From assembly GCA_052327205.1 (NCBI GenBank), contig CM126209.1, positions 60,636,001 through 60,700,000 of the forward strand: a DNA stretch of 64,000 nucleotides. Direction: 5' to 3'. Positions 12,615-26,103 of the stretch are shown here, piece after piece. Under the pieces are notes generated by a model. That model saw only the letters and a program-made list of their open reading frames with translations, made no database searches and was not told the origin of the DNA. The translations under genes were made by a program, and so were the position numbers. Position 1 is the first letter of the stretch; each line of letters opens with the position of its first letter. Source of the stretch: Somniosus microcephalus (lineage: Eukaryota).

Positions 12615-15267
12615 CTTACCTAAGGAAGGATATACTTGTCGTAGAGGGAGTGCAACGAAGGTTTACGAGATTGATTCCTCGGATGGAGGGACTGTTGTAT
12701 AAGAGATTGAGTAAACTAGGCCTGTATTCTCTTGAATTCAGAAGAATGAAAGGGGATCTTATTGAAGCATACAAAATTATTACAGGGCTTGATAGGGTGG
12801 ATGCTGGGAGAATGTTTCCCTTGGCTGGGGAGTCTAGAACCAGGGGCCACAGCCTCAAGATAAAGGGTAGGCCATTCAGGATAGAGATGAGAAGAAATTT
12901 CTTCACACAGAGGGTGAATCAATCTTTGGAATTCGCTATCCCAGAGGGCTGTGGAGGCTCAGTCATTGGGTATATTCAAAACAGAAGTCGATAGATTTCT
13001 GACTAGTATAGGCATCAAGGGATATGGCGATAGGGCCGGTGAATGGAGTTGAGGCAGAAGATCAGCCATGATCTCATTGAATGACGGAGCAGGCTCGAAG
13101 AGCCAAATGGCCTACTCCTGCTCCTATTTCTTATGTTCTTATGAACACCAACTAAAGCTACAACAGATGTCTAATCAGTATAGTCAATTATGTTTCTTTG
13201 TTTCTCTCATGCATGCACTCATTCTCATACTCTGCTAAGAAGAAAACAGTCAATATAAATTTTGCCTGAAGGAGTGAAGTTTGCACTCAGGGTAAATCCA
13301 ATGACAGACACATACAAAAACACTTACAATCTGTTGTTTATGTATAGGTCTTTGCATTTCAATGGATATTGATTTTTTTCAGAAACAAGAGTGCATTCAA
13401 GCTTTTTTCACTGAACTTGTACGGACCTCCAAAAATTATGTGCTACTTGTTCTTATGCTAAATTGTATTTTTTGCTATTTTAAGTAGCTGCTTAAAACAC
13501 CCAAGTAGAACCTATGTAAAAGCACGACAGAGGCCACACACACAGTACAATGTTCAGGTTTGCTCACTATTTACAAAAAGACAGAACTGAAGGATTTGCG
13601 GGCAAACGCACTACCTGGTGTACTATGCCAAATAAACCACGAATGTCCCAGTTTTGATTTCTAACCAGTTCATGTTGAGTTAGCAGATCTCAACCAGCAC
13701 TACTTGTTTCACACCCCAACCCAAGCCAATGCCTTTGGAAGAAAATTAAAATGTTTAAGAGAACTGAAAGAATTCAAAAAGTTAAAAACTTACTTTAGAT
13801 TATAGTAAAACAAGCTCAATTTATTGTTTTTTAAAATGGGGACAATTACCATAAACTTTTGAACATTAAGTAACTCACTATTGAACCCTTTTTATCCCCA
13901 ACTTGTAAGTCAATGCAATTATACAAATCCAACTATTTTAGCCCCATTAGCTAGATTACTTCTTAAAAATAATCTGAGATCATTAAACAGGTAAATTTAG
14001 ACCCAAGTGACAGCAGCAAAAAAACAAAGTTGACCACAAAGTCTTTGCATTTTCCTCCCAAATGGTTATCAAGAATCTGAAACAAGAATATACAGCTGTA
14101 AAATAGCTTAAACTCAAAATGGTAGCGTGTGGTATTCAGCACTGAAATAGGTATCATTGGTAAATTGCCAAATTGTGTACAGCCTGTGACATCTCCCAGC
14201 TATGTGCCTCTCTGCAATATATATGTAAATCCATTCATACGAATTCAGAGGACATGCATTGAAGCAGCCGGATAAAGGACACAAATTGTTTATTTACTCA
14301 TTTCCCGCATTTACTGTCTCAAGGGCTCTTGTCACGAACTTCCTAATTTGTAGTTTACTTAGTTATTATTGATATCAATTAGAACACATACTTGGATTCC
14401 AGAATCAGCTGCAAAGCTCCAGTTTCTTATTGCCAACACTGCACCAAATAATTACGTACATTTCTACTTTTGACCTGATATGTGGTTGAAAGTGTTAGCA
14501 CGTACACAATGTAATATTACCATGTGGCAGTGCAACGATTAGCAATTCAAAGGTGGTCTTTCCTGTGGGGGCTAATTAAAATTCAACAAACTGCAGTGAT
14601 TTTTTTCACAAAGAAAAATAAATTCTCTGTCTTTCAGTTTAATAGTTAAAAATCTGGGTCATTGTATTAATATTCAGTGATAAGATGTGAAAAGTACTGT
14701 ACTGGCCTCGCTAGACGTGCTCCTATCTAGTTATCCAGCAAGTTAAACACTTATTCAAAATAATTCCTCGTGAAGCCGTTTGCTGTTTTGAAGCTTTACT
14801 TGAACAAATTTGTGAAACTGTAAACAAAGACAAAGTATGTTTTGTACATAAACTGAGTACTATACATTTGATATTACATAAGATATAAACATATTTACAA
14901 CAGTAGAATAGATTAATTGTATAACTAACTAACATTTGGACTAACTTCTGTAACTATCAAATATTAACCTTTTATAAACATAGTGTTATCAAAATACTAC
15001 TCTGACAACGTTGCTATTATGCTAACAAACAAAGATACTCAGATATTGCGCTTGGCCTAACATAGATGATCAGATTACATTGGATTGCAAATCCCTCATG
15101 GAATTCTCCATTACTCAAGCCAGGTTTTTCCTGGAATTCCACTTCCTGGGTCACACAGGAAGAAAGGTACCTCTCACACAGACACTGTTAACACATAACC
15201 ACCACCAGAGGGTGCTATCTGCATGTAAAATGTCCATAATGTCCAGAACACGCCCCATCTGGGGTCG

Positions 15268-18200
15268 TTAACGACTCCACATAGTCCGAATTCTACTTGT
15301 CACTGGAGTCCTCTGGCGACAAAAGAAGAACCACCTTGGAGACGGTCCATCGGTGTCGATGATAGGATGCAGCTTCCGTAGACTGTGAGGGGGTAGGTTG
15401 CGTTCGTTTACGCACAGTTCCAATCTGGGTATGGCGAGGTCTGGCTGGGGTGCCAATTTGCCTCTATCAAAGACGAAGCCAATTTTGCTTTGTCCTTCTT
15501 GAGTGGTGACCTTTAGATAAGCCACACTTACAATGGCCTCAGCGGATGCGTCTGCAAAGACGCAAAGCTCTTTGAATTGGGCATTTAAGGGAGAGAAAGA
15601 TGAATAGCAGCGAGGTATTTGGATCTCCTGCAAGTCTTGGAGTGAGTCTCTCCATCTGTCCCACTCTGCTTCCATCTCTTCAGGGAGAGGTGAATCCCAC
15701 TCTTCAGCGCATGTGGAGAGTTCCCTGAGGAGCAGCCTGCCTTGTATGGTGACAGGGGCTAAGAAGCCAAGAGGGTCGTATAGGCTGTTGACTGTAGAGA
15801 GCACTCCTCTACGTGTGAAGGGTTTCCTGGCATCTAAGACTTGGAACGTGAACGTGTCTGTTGCTATGTTCCAAGACACTCCTAGACTATGCTGTAGGGG
15901 GAGGTCAACAGTGAAGAGGTCTAGGTCCTTGACGTCCTTAGCACGATCTTCAGGGGGGAATGCCTCCATCACTGCTGGTCTGTTAGAGGCCATCTTGTGC
16001 AGCCTGAGGTTGGATAGTGCAAGTAGTTCCTGAACTCGTCCAAGGGTACTGATGGCCTCTGCTTCGGTCGGGAATGACTTCAGTGCGTCGTCGACATAGA
16101 ACTCTCGTTTGATGAACCCTCTCACATCACTGCCAAAGTCGTCGTCTTCCTTGGCAGCCCTCCTTAGTCCATATATGGTGACAGCAGGGGATGGGCTATT
16201 CCCAAAGACATGGACACGCATTCTGTAGTCCACAATGTCTCTATTGGGGTCATTGTCCCGATACCACAGGAAGCGGAGGAAGTCTCTGTGGTCTTCTCTC
16301 ACCACGAAGCAATGAAACATGTGCTGGATATCGGCAGTGATGGCGATGGGCTCTTTCCTGAATCTCATGAGTACTCCCAAGAGGCTGTTGTTAAGATCGG
16401 GCCCTGTGAGGAGTACGTCGTTAAGAGAGACTCCCTGATATGGTGCACTGGAGTCAAACACCACGCGGATCTGTTTCGGCTTTTTGGGGTGATAGACTCC
16501 GAAGGGAGGTACCAACACTCTTGGCCTTCCTGGAGTGGAGGAGCTATCTCTGCATGATCGTTGACAAGCATTTTCTTGACAAATTCTAGGAAGTGTGCTT
16601 TCATCTTTTCAGATTCCTGGCGACGTCCTACAGGGTACACATTAACGAGGCATATCTTGGAGCATGCTCTTGCGCTCACTCCTTCTCCACACAACTCGGT
16701 GCACCTGGATGTAATCTCCGGACCGGCAGCTCCCTCTCTCTCCCCGCCGTGCTCGGAGGTGGGAGAAGGCGACTCGGACTTCCAAGGAGCTGGGCCTGGG
16801 TGGAGTGCCGAAATGTGCCGATCACTTTCACATTCAGTGCATTTTGCATCTACCTTGCAGTTCTCGGCGAGCTGGCTCGTGGATGAGCAGCACTTGAAAC
16901 ATAGAGTTCTCTTTAAGATATTGTTTCCGATCTTCCAGGGACATCTCCCTGAAGCCTCTGCACTTTAATGGATGGGGCTTCTTGTGGATAGGGCATTGTT
17001 TGCTCATATCCTCAAGTTTCTTCTGAAACTTTGTGTTCTCAGTTGAAGACACTTGCATTTTGTTGACAGATATTGGTGTCTTTCCATGTCTGTTGAACTT
17101 GTCTCTTCTGGCAAGTGCTGTGTGGGAGAAGAGGAGGTTGAAGCTGGGGTCGTTCCTGGCTTTGGCTTCTTTACGGATGAATTTGACAAAAACGCAGAGA
17201 ATGGTGGGAAGGCCACGTTGTGCTTTAGCTTGAACTTTGATCCAAACGTTATCCACTTCTCCTGCAGGTTAAATGGAAGCTTCTCAATGATGGGACTTAC
17301 CCCTCTGGAAGTGTCTAAGTACGATAGACCGGGTAGGTAGCCATCCTGCTTTGCGGCTTTGAGTTCCGACAGCAGATCTCCAAGGTCGCGGAGCTTCTGG
17401 GGTTCCTTACTCGTCAACCTCGGAAAGTTCTCCAACCTGTCAAAGAGAGCCCTTTCAATGGGTTCGGGCGAGCCGTAGCTTTCTTCCAGCCTCGCCCAAG
17501 CCATCTTCAACCCCTCTGGCAGCTGTCCCACATTGGCCACTTTTATCCTGCAGGCCTGTCCGGCGGACTCTGGGCCGAGCCATTTGATAAGGAGGCCGAG
17601 CTCCTCTCCTGCCAACAGGTCTAAGTCCGATATGGCATCGTGGAAGCCGGACTTCCAAGCCGGATAATTCTCCGGCCTGTCATCGAATTTGGTTAACCCT
17701 GTAGTCACCAGCTGGGTACGTGCAAGGTATTTGGCAAGGTCGTAGGTGCTGGGACCTGTGCCAGGGTTGCCTTGGCTAGGGGCTCTGTTGGGGGTCTCAA
17801 GGAAATGAGAGGGGATTTGCTGCTGACTTTCTCTATTCAGTGTTCTATTCCTCTGCACTGTGTCTTCTGTTCTGCTGGGGGAGACTCTGCGGCTTGAGGC
17901 ACGCTGTCTACTTTGACCTTGGTTGGCAACTTGGGGCATGTTATACGAAGTGCTTGCGTCTGTAGAGATGTGCGGGCCTTCATCCCTTTCTCCTGTAAGC
18001 TGTATGTCAGCATGGTCGCTCACGTAATCTACGGTGCGCTGTCGTGGACTCTGCCACGAAACGGGAATTAAAGGTTTGTAAGCTGTCTCAGGATCAGCTC
18101 CCTCCAAAATTGCTTCGAATACTTGCGTCTCAGCTAATGCAGCATCTATCTCTTTTTGTTGCTGCAGAGCGTCTAATGTGGCGTGGAGACGGGCCTGTTC

Positions 18201-18653
18201 AGCCTGGCGTTCAACTTGGTGACGGGCCTGTTCAGCCTGGCGTTCAACTTGGTGACGGGCCTGTTCGGCTTGGAGTCGGGCCTGTTTGGCTTGGGATTCA
18301 GCTTGGAGTCAGGCCTGTTCGGCTTGGGATTCAGCTTGGAGACGGGCCTGTCTTACTTTTATTTCTATTTCACTGTTCGCATGCGCAGCTCTGGCTTGCG
18401 CTGCCACTAGCTTAGCCTGTGCTCTGGCGATGGTCACGCTTACTCTAGAACCACCTGATGACCGTGAACCAGCTTGCGATCTGACGTAACCGGAGCTTAT
18501 AGACCGATTGTCACCTTCTACAGTTTTATCTGCCCGTTTAAGGTCTTCTTGCTGCAAAGCATTCTCGTTATTATCTTCTGACATGTTGATGTGCGGTAGG
18601 TGAGTTCTACGAGGCCAAGGCTTACACTGGGTTCCTCTTGCTCCGCTCTTCAC
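15268..18653 (-). pseudogene. BEL/Pao gag-pol remnant
   Basis: ORF pieces 18309-18653, 17004-18107, 16834-17256, 16365-16694, 15268-16518; gag Cys/His motifs; frameshifts and deletions. Confidence 0.88.
18186..18350. repeat. Coding tandem repeat (27-33 bp units) in the BEL gag N-terminus
   Basis: GACGGGCCTGTTCAGCCTGGCGTTCAACTTGGT-type units repeated about 5 times. Confidence 0.8.
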
Positions 18654-19776
18654 AGCTAGCCGTGTTGCTATCTTTTCACTTTATCTTTTCACTGTACTGG
18701 CCTCGCTAGACGTGCTCCTATCTAGTTATCCAGCAAGTTAAACACTTATTCAAAATAATTCCTCGTGAAGCCGTTTGCTGTTTTGAAGCTTTACTTGAAC
18801 AAATTTGTGAAACTGTAAACAAAGACAAAGTATGTTTTGTACATAAACTGAGTACTATACATTCGATATTACATAAGATATAAACATATTTACAACAGTA
18901 GAATAGATTAATTGTATAACTAACTAACATTTGGACTAACTTCTGTAACTATCAAATATTAACCTTTTATAAACAGTGTTATCAAAATACTACTCTGACA
19001 ACATTGCTATTATGCTAACAAACAAAGATACTCAGATATTGCGCTTGGCCTAACATAGAAGATCAGATTACATTGGATTGCAAATCCCTCATGGAATTCT
19101 CCATTACTCAAGCCAGGTTCTTCCTGGAATTCCACTTCCTGGGTCACACAGGAAGAAAGGTAGAAAGGTCAAATGACCGCTCACACAGACACTGTTAACA
19201 CATAACCACCACCAGAGGGTGCTATCTGCATGTAAAATGTCCATAATGTCCAGAACAAGTACAATTAGATATTTAAACTGTAAGGGGGAGAAATTCGGTT
19301 GGTTGCGCCAGCGATTAGCGCCTAAAGAGGCCGAGAAGTGGGGCATTAGCCAATTTTCACCCATTTTCGCCCGTGCACAGTGGACCCAGCGCCTCTTGCT
19401 ATATTGAGTGGGTTTTAGCGCCCGCTCGTGGGCACAGGCAGATCATGACATAATTTCAGTGTGCAATGCCTTTTTGGCGCCCCGGACTGGAAATTGAGTG
19501 GCGCCCGCCTCCGTTCCGCCTGGCGCTAATAGTGACAGCTTGCTGGAAAGTTCCCAAGTCCTTCTCAGGCTAGGGGGGTGCTATTTAAAGGGGGCTGCAC
19601 TAGTATAAAAGCGGCAGCCATTTTGGGTGGGCATCTTGCTGGTTGTTGGAGAGAGTTGCTGACCTTCAGTAGGAGAGCACACTTTTCATTGAGCCAGCGG
19701 TGCCTTTGGACCTTCAGCCCTGTCCACAACAGTTTGCTGGTGAGATATTACTGCATCTTACTTCTTTCACATTATA

Positions 19777-20866
19777 ATGGGAGCTGCTTTGGAGGGGAAC
19801 ATCCTGCTGGCTGAACATAAGGCAAGGGCACAGAGGCGGAGGGAGAGGGGGCCAGGAATGGCCAGAAGGAGGAGGGGCAATGGACGTCGCCAAATGCGAC
19901 CGTACGCTGCCAGGATTTCAGGCAGCAGGTGTCATACATTGCCATGTTGGAGGAGCAGTGTATGCGAAGGCTCCGATTCGGAAAGGATGTGGTGACTGAC
20001 CTGTGCCACCTGCTTGCTGAAGATTTGCAGCTGCGGTTACGGTGCAGGACCTCTCTGTCGGTGGCCGTCAAAGTCACTGTTGCCCTAAACTTTTTCGCCA
20101 GCGGCTCATTTCAGGCAGCAACTGGGGACATTGCAAATATTTCTCAATTTGCGGTGCATTGCTGCATCTGGCAAGTTACAGCTGCCCTATATAGGAGGCG
20201 GGAATTAATCACCTTCCCTTTGACCCTGGAGAAGCAGGGGGAGCGCGCGCACAGGGCTTCGCGGGTATAGCGGACTTCCATGGTGCAGGGTACCATTGAT
20301 TGCACACACGTGGCTTTGCGGGCGCCATTACAGAATCCCGAAGAGCTACGCAACCGCAAGGGGTTCCACTCCCTCAATGTGCAGCTGGTCTGTGACCACC
20401 GGCAGATGATCATCGCGGTCAACACCCAATTCCCTGGCAGCAGCCACGACGCGTTCATCTTGCGGCAAACCTCAGTGGCTGACCTTTGAGGCCTCGGCTC
20501 ACCCACGAGGCTGGTTTCTTGGCGACAAGGGCTATCCTCTCTGCCCATGGCTCATGACCCCGCTCCGTTTGCCCAGCACCCCGGCAGAAGAGCATTATAA
20601 CACCAGCCATCAGGCGACCAGGAACATTGTGGAGCACACAATCGGTGTGCTCAAGCAGCGGTTCCATTGTCTCGACCATTAGGGGGGGCGCCCTGCAGTA
20701 CGCGCATCGTCGTGGTCTGCTGCATGCTCCACAACCTGGCCATCCGACGCACCCAGCCAACCTTGAAGGTCCAGCAGAGCAGGCGGATGAGGAGGAGGAG
20801 GAAGACGAGAGGGGTCCAGAAACTGAAAGGGCCGTCCGTCAGAGGCTCATAAGGACTCAGTTCTAG
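19777..20866 (+). pseudogene. Harbinger (HARBI1-like) DDE transposase, disrupted
   Basis: [68 protein letters not shown]; several stops and frameshifts; AATAAA near 20970. Confidence 0.92.
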
Positions 20867-21031
20867 GCCCCTCTGACGGAATGCTGGGTGTAATTGGAAC
20901 AGTGCCCTCCAGTTCGCCCAAAGCCTATGAAGGCCACCATGCTTGTAAATAGTCTAGAGTTCCAGTGTAAATAAAACATTTTCTTTATTTTCCAAAAAGT
21001 GCTTCCTTCCAGCATGACAAAGCAATGGCAA

Positions 21032-24000
21032 TGTAGTGTAGTGTAGTGTATGTACCTTTAAGGGGAGAACTTTTTACAGCTCCTGTATACTGTAGTACCG
21101 GCAGTGACCACACCTGTATATAAACCCTGAGTAGGGATCTGTACTGTTAGTTTTAGAGTAACCCTCATCCAGTAAACACCTGTTGATTGTTCCTCTGCAG
21201 TCTCTGTCTATAAATTGAAGGACACCATACAGCAAGATTCAAGGATTTAACATTGGCGATGAGTCGATTCGAACCTACCTGCAACTCTGCAGAAGGCGGC
21301 CGATTCCACCAGCACGGGCGTCGACCATCCAGCGGAGACTCCAGCGAGACGGGCTGGCAACAGGTACGGTGCAGACCCTTCCCGCACAGCGGCGGCTAGA
21401 GCCGACCGACGGCACAGGAAAAGGCCGAGCAGCGTCGACGGGAGCAGAGACAGGATAAAACGCACAGGGCGCAGCCGGGGTTGAAGACCGAGCGGCGTTG
21501 ATGGGGAAAAAAAAAGAGGGTAAAGCGCACAGGGCGCAGCCGGGGTTCAGGACCGAGCGGCGTCAACGAGAGGCGCGCGCAGGAAAATGCGCAGAGCGCG
21601 GCCGGTGTTCAAGGGCTGAGCAGCGTCCGCGGGGAAAGAAAGGAAGCGTGGGAGACGCCATTTGAGCCGCAGCGGAGAAGAGAGATCGCGGGAGACGCCA
21701 TTTTTGAGCCGCAGTGGAGAAGAAGGGAGAGCGCGGGAAGAAAGGAAAGCGCAGGAGACGCCATTTTGAGCCAGCGGAGAAGAAGGGAGAGCGCGGGAGA
21801 TGCCATTTTAAGCCAGTCTAACCACACCCAGGGATGCCGAAGAGTGGCAGTGTCACAGCGTTCGACAATGAAGTCGAAGATTGGGCGACATATATAGAAC
21901 GCATAGAAGTGTACTGCAAGGCGAATGAAGTGCCAGATGCCAGGAAAGCACTGGTATTGTTGAATTCCATGGGTGCAAAAACGTATGGCTTACTGCGAAA
22001 CCTAGTAACCCCAGAGAAGCCAGTGGAAAAGGATTTTGAAAGCATAGTGGCAATCCTACAGGACCACTTAAACCCCACACCACTGCGGATAGCAGAAAGA
22101 TTTAAGTTTCACAAAAGGAACCAGCATAAAGACGAAAGTAATGCTGAGTATTTAACGGAACTGCGCAAGCTATCGAAACACTGCCAGTTTGGAACGGGAC
22201 TAGCAGATACTTTAAGGGACAAGTTTGTGTGTGGGCTTCAAAGTGAAGGAACCCAGAAACGGCTTCTATCAGAAAAGGATCTTACGCTGGACAAGGCTTT
22301 CAGCATGGCAGTATCACACAAAGCAGCCGCACGGGGCGCTGCAGAGATACAACGGAGACTGCAAGAATATGGCACAAATGAAATGTCATATGGAGCAGTG
22401 AAGTGTTATCGCTGCAGCAGAACAACACACGACCATAAGGATTGTTGGTTCAAGGACCAAGTGTGCAGACAGTGTGGAAAAGTAGGACACATAGCAAGAG
22501 TCTGCAGGTCAGGAAAGAAAACCAGCAGCAAGAAATCTCCACAGGAGAAGTACAAAAAGGTACATAAGGTGACGGAGAGTAGTTCAGACAAACAGAAAAG
22601 TGACACAGACTCCGGAAGCAAGGAGCTGGGTTGTCTGAAACTACATAATGTAATCAAAATGGAGGATCACCAAACTATCTGGGTCACGCTCAAGATAGCA
22701 GGAGTCCAAGTGAAAATGGAATTGGACACAGGATCAGCCCTAACAGTCATAAACCGAAGGGACTACAAGCGGCTATTCTCACATATACCCTTGAGAGATA
22801 CAGAGATTGTCTTGAAGACGTACACGGGGCAAAAAGTCTACCCCAAAGGAAAAATAAGGGTGAACGTGATATACAACGGCAAGGAAACACCAAAAATGGA
22901 CCTATATGTATTGCCAGGTGGAGGACCACCACTACTCGGACGTGAATGGATCCGGAAGATACAGCTAGATTGGCATTCCATACAAGCACTGACGGTAGAT
23001 GCCAAAAAGGATGACGACGTCACACCTGGACGACTGTCAAAAATGCTAACTGACGCACAAGTGTTCCAGGAGGGACTCGGAACACTAAAAGGCATAACAG
23101 CGACGATCAAAATAGAGGAAAATGCAAGCCCAAAGTTTTTTTTTTTTTTTTTTCTTTTTTTTTAAGGCCAGACCGGTGCCTTATGCGATCCGCCCAGCCG
23201 TCGAAGCAGAGCTGGAAGGATTGGAACGTTCTGGAGTACTGTCCAAAGTGGACTGGAGCGAGTGGGCTACACCCATCGTTCCTGTAATGAAGAGGTCATT
23301 GAGTAAAACGCCTGGGGAACCAAAGAAGGTTCGCATCTGTGGGGATTTTAAGGTGACAGTGAACCCAGTCCTTCACACGGTACAATATCCACTTCCACGG
23401 ATTGAAGATATTTTCGCCTCGCTATCTGGAGGAAAACGCTTCACTAAGATTGATCTGGCCCAGGCGTACCTGCAAATGGAGGTAGAAGAAGCCTCGAAAC
23501 AGTACCTCACGATCAACACTCACAAAGGTCTCCACCAATACAACCGGCTGGTGTTCGGGGTAGCATCAGCTCCGGCTATTTGGCAAAGGGCAATGGATCA
23601 AGTCCTGCAAGGGATTCCAGGGACCCAGTGTTATTTGGACGACATCCTGGTCACGGGCAAAAATGACAGGGATCACCTCGCCAACCTGGAGCAGGTGCTC
23701 ACTAGATTGAAGGAATATGGGCTCCGAGCTAAATCGCCACAAATGCGAGTTTTTCCAGAAGCAGATCTCGTATTGTGGCCACGTTATTGATGAAGAGGGG
23801 TTACATAAGTCCCCTGAAAAGATTGAGGCAGTAGTCAAGGCTCCAGCACCGGAAAAATGTGTCACAACTGAGGTCGTTCCTCGGGCTGGTGAACTACTAC
23901 CATAAGTTCTTGCCGAATTTGTCTACAGTACTACACCCACTGAACACCATACTGCAAACGGGGGTACCATGGAAGTGGAATGACGAATGTAAACGAGCTT

Positions 24001-26103
24001 TCCAGAAGTGCAAAGAATTGATCACATCAAAAGAGGTGTTGGCTCATTTCAACCCAGCACTACCAATTCGGTTGGCGTGTGATGCATCACCCTATGGTAT
24101 TAGAGCGGTGCTGTCGCACAAATTCCCGGACAGCTTGGAGAGGCCAGTAGCCTTTGCGTCTCGGTCACTAACCTCAGCCGAGCGCAACTACGCCCAGATT
24201 GACAGGGAGGCCCTCAGCCTAGTGTGGGGAGTGAAAACGTTCAACCACTATCTGCACGGGCAGAAGTTCACCTTGCTGACTGACCACCAACCACTTGTCT
24301 CCATCTTTAATCCAAAGAAGGGCGTTCCTGTGATGACTGCGCAACGGCTACAAAGATGGTCCCTTTTTCTAGGGGCGAACCAATATGAAAGAGAGTATAA
24401 GGGCACGAAACAGCATGGAAACGCTGATGGGCTATCACGCCTGCCATTGCCTACTGCGGAGGAAGCACCAGCAGTGGACCCTGTCGAAATATTTTATTCG
24501 ACTATAATTGAACGCTTGCCAGTAACTAACGCAGATATAGAGGAGGAGACCCGAAATGACCCGACACTGTCTCGGGTATATGATTTGACGGTGAAGGGAT
24601 GGCCAACACATGGCGACTCACTGTTGCCAGCATTCTCATCCAGAAGAGAACAGCTGTCAGTATGCCAGGGGACCTCGATGTGTGGATCCCGAGTGGTAAT
24701 TCCACCCAAGTTAAGGGAGAGAGTGCTCAATGAGCTTCACGAAGGCCATCTGGGAGGGGTGAAAATGAAAAGCCTTGCTAGGGCTTGTGTGTGGTGGCCG
24801 GGGATCGATCAGCAAATCCGAGGACCTGACAAAGAGCTGCTCAGGATGCCAAAAGTTCCAAAATGCACCACCACATGCCCCTCTACACCCATGGAAGTGG
24901 CCCTCCTCTCCATGGCAATGGGTGCATATTGATTTTGCTGGTTCATTCATGGACTCAATGTTCTTAATAGCAGTGGATGCGCACTCGAAATGGCCTGAGG
25001 TGATCAAAATGTCCTCCACCACCACGGAGAAAACGATTGCAGTCCTACGGACCATATTTGCCAGGAACGGCTTGCCAGAGCAGATTTGCTCTGATAACGG
25101 ACCACAGTTTGTGTCCGAAGAGTTTCGGAAATTTATGAGAAGGAATGGGGTAAGGCAATGCACATCCGCCCCGTATCATCCAGCCACAAATGGATTGGCT
25201 GAGAGGTTCGTACAAACCTTTAAAAAGGCAGTAAGGGCCATGTGCGATGATGACATTCCACTGCAGCATAAGGTGGACAATTTCCTGTTAGCCTACAGAA
25301 ATGAGTCACATGCAGTTACCAACCAGACCCCGGCCATGATGTTCTTTAACCGAAGGTTGAGATCTCGTCTGGATTTGCTCAGACCAAATGTACGAAGAAA
25401 TGTTGAGAATAAGCAATTCCAGCACATCAATGAGAAGCCGACAAGGAGCTTCAATGTAGGGCAACCAGTCTTGGCCCGCGACTACCGAACAGAGAAATGG
25501 CAACCAGGAACGGTATGCACACGGCAGGGGCCACTAATGTACACAGTGGATGTTGGGGAGAACATTGTGAGACGCCATGTCGACCAGATCCTAGCGTCAC
25601 AGGAACGAGTCAACCCCATGTCTCGCGTACCTGGTGATGAACCCGACATACAGGTAGCATTTACCCCAGAAACATTAGCATCAGAAGCTGATGAACCAAC
25701 CGACGACAGGGGGGCATAATCGTCTCCGCACCAAGAGCAAGACACTCAGGAAAGGCGCTATCCAGAAAGGATCAGGAAGCTGCCCCAAATACTGAATTTA
25801 TAAATGGACTATTTTCAGTTAATGTTGCATGTTAAAAGTGTTAATTGTTAAATGAATGTTATGGTACTGTTAATCTAAAAAGGGGAGGAATTGTAGTGTA
25901 TGTACCTTTAAGGGGAGAACTACTTTTTACAGCTCATGTATACTGTAGTACCGGCAGTGACCACACTTGTATATAAACCCTGAGTAGGGATCTGTACTTT
26001 TAGTTTTAGAGTAACCCTCATCCAGTAAACACCTGTTGATTGTTCCTCTGCAGTCTGTCTATAAATTGAAGGACACCATGCAGCAAGATTCAAGGATTTA
26101 ACA
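21032..26103 (+). mobile_element. Gypsy (Mag-like) LTR retrotransposon B, full length
   Basis: LTRs 21032/21042-21252 and 25892-26103; TSD GGCAA (21027-21031, 26104-26108); PBS TGGCGATGAG 21254-21263; PPT AAAAAGGGGAGGAAT before the 3' LTR. Confidence 0.96.
21834..25803 (+). pseudogene. gag-pol polyprotein, frameshifted
   Basis: Gag with 2 CCHC knuckles, LDTGS, YLDD, CDAS, HIDFAG...SDNG; frameshifts at the poly-T (23136-23163) and near 23730, 23855 and 24815. Confidence 0.93.

Larger units (their letters stand above)
1434..13143 (+). mobile_element. CR1 LINE copy A, degenerate, split by nested insertions (pieces 1434-2710, 5744-5827, 6581-7737, 12615-13143)
   Basis: APE endonuclease motifs (LNACSIRNK, ITETWL, VYRPP, GDF); RT motifs ([27 protein letters not shown]); reading frame rejoins across each insertion (KRLAKV/NVGPLQ, KYF/VSVF, WSPY/LRKD); TTCTTATG tail. 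Confidence 0.92.
14698..19257 (-). mobile_element. BEL/Pao LTR retrotransposon, internally deleted
   Basis: LTRs 14698-15250 and 18693-19257 (TGT...ACA); TSD AGTAC (14693-14697, 19258-19262); Pao-type RT (RVVFDSS, DVLLTGPDL, FYVDD) and RNase H (FADAS, IPRLEL); integrase core not seen. Confidence 0.95.

Noticed and set aside
13144-14697. Possible exon or UTR of a neighbouring gene (CPEB3 is next to BTAF1 in human)
   Set aside because: No recognisable coding exon; it cannot be supported from the sequence alone.
18186-18350. CRISPR-like array (also considered for 31570-31805)
   Set aside because: Contiguous coding tandem repeats with no unique spacers, in a eukaryotic context.
19777-20866. Domesticated host HARBI1 gene
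   Set aside because: It has stops and frameshifts and sits within TIRs/TSD with a Myb partner, so it is a transposon copy.
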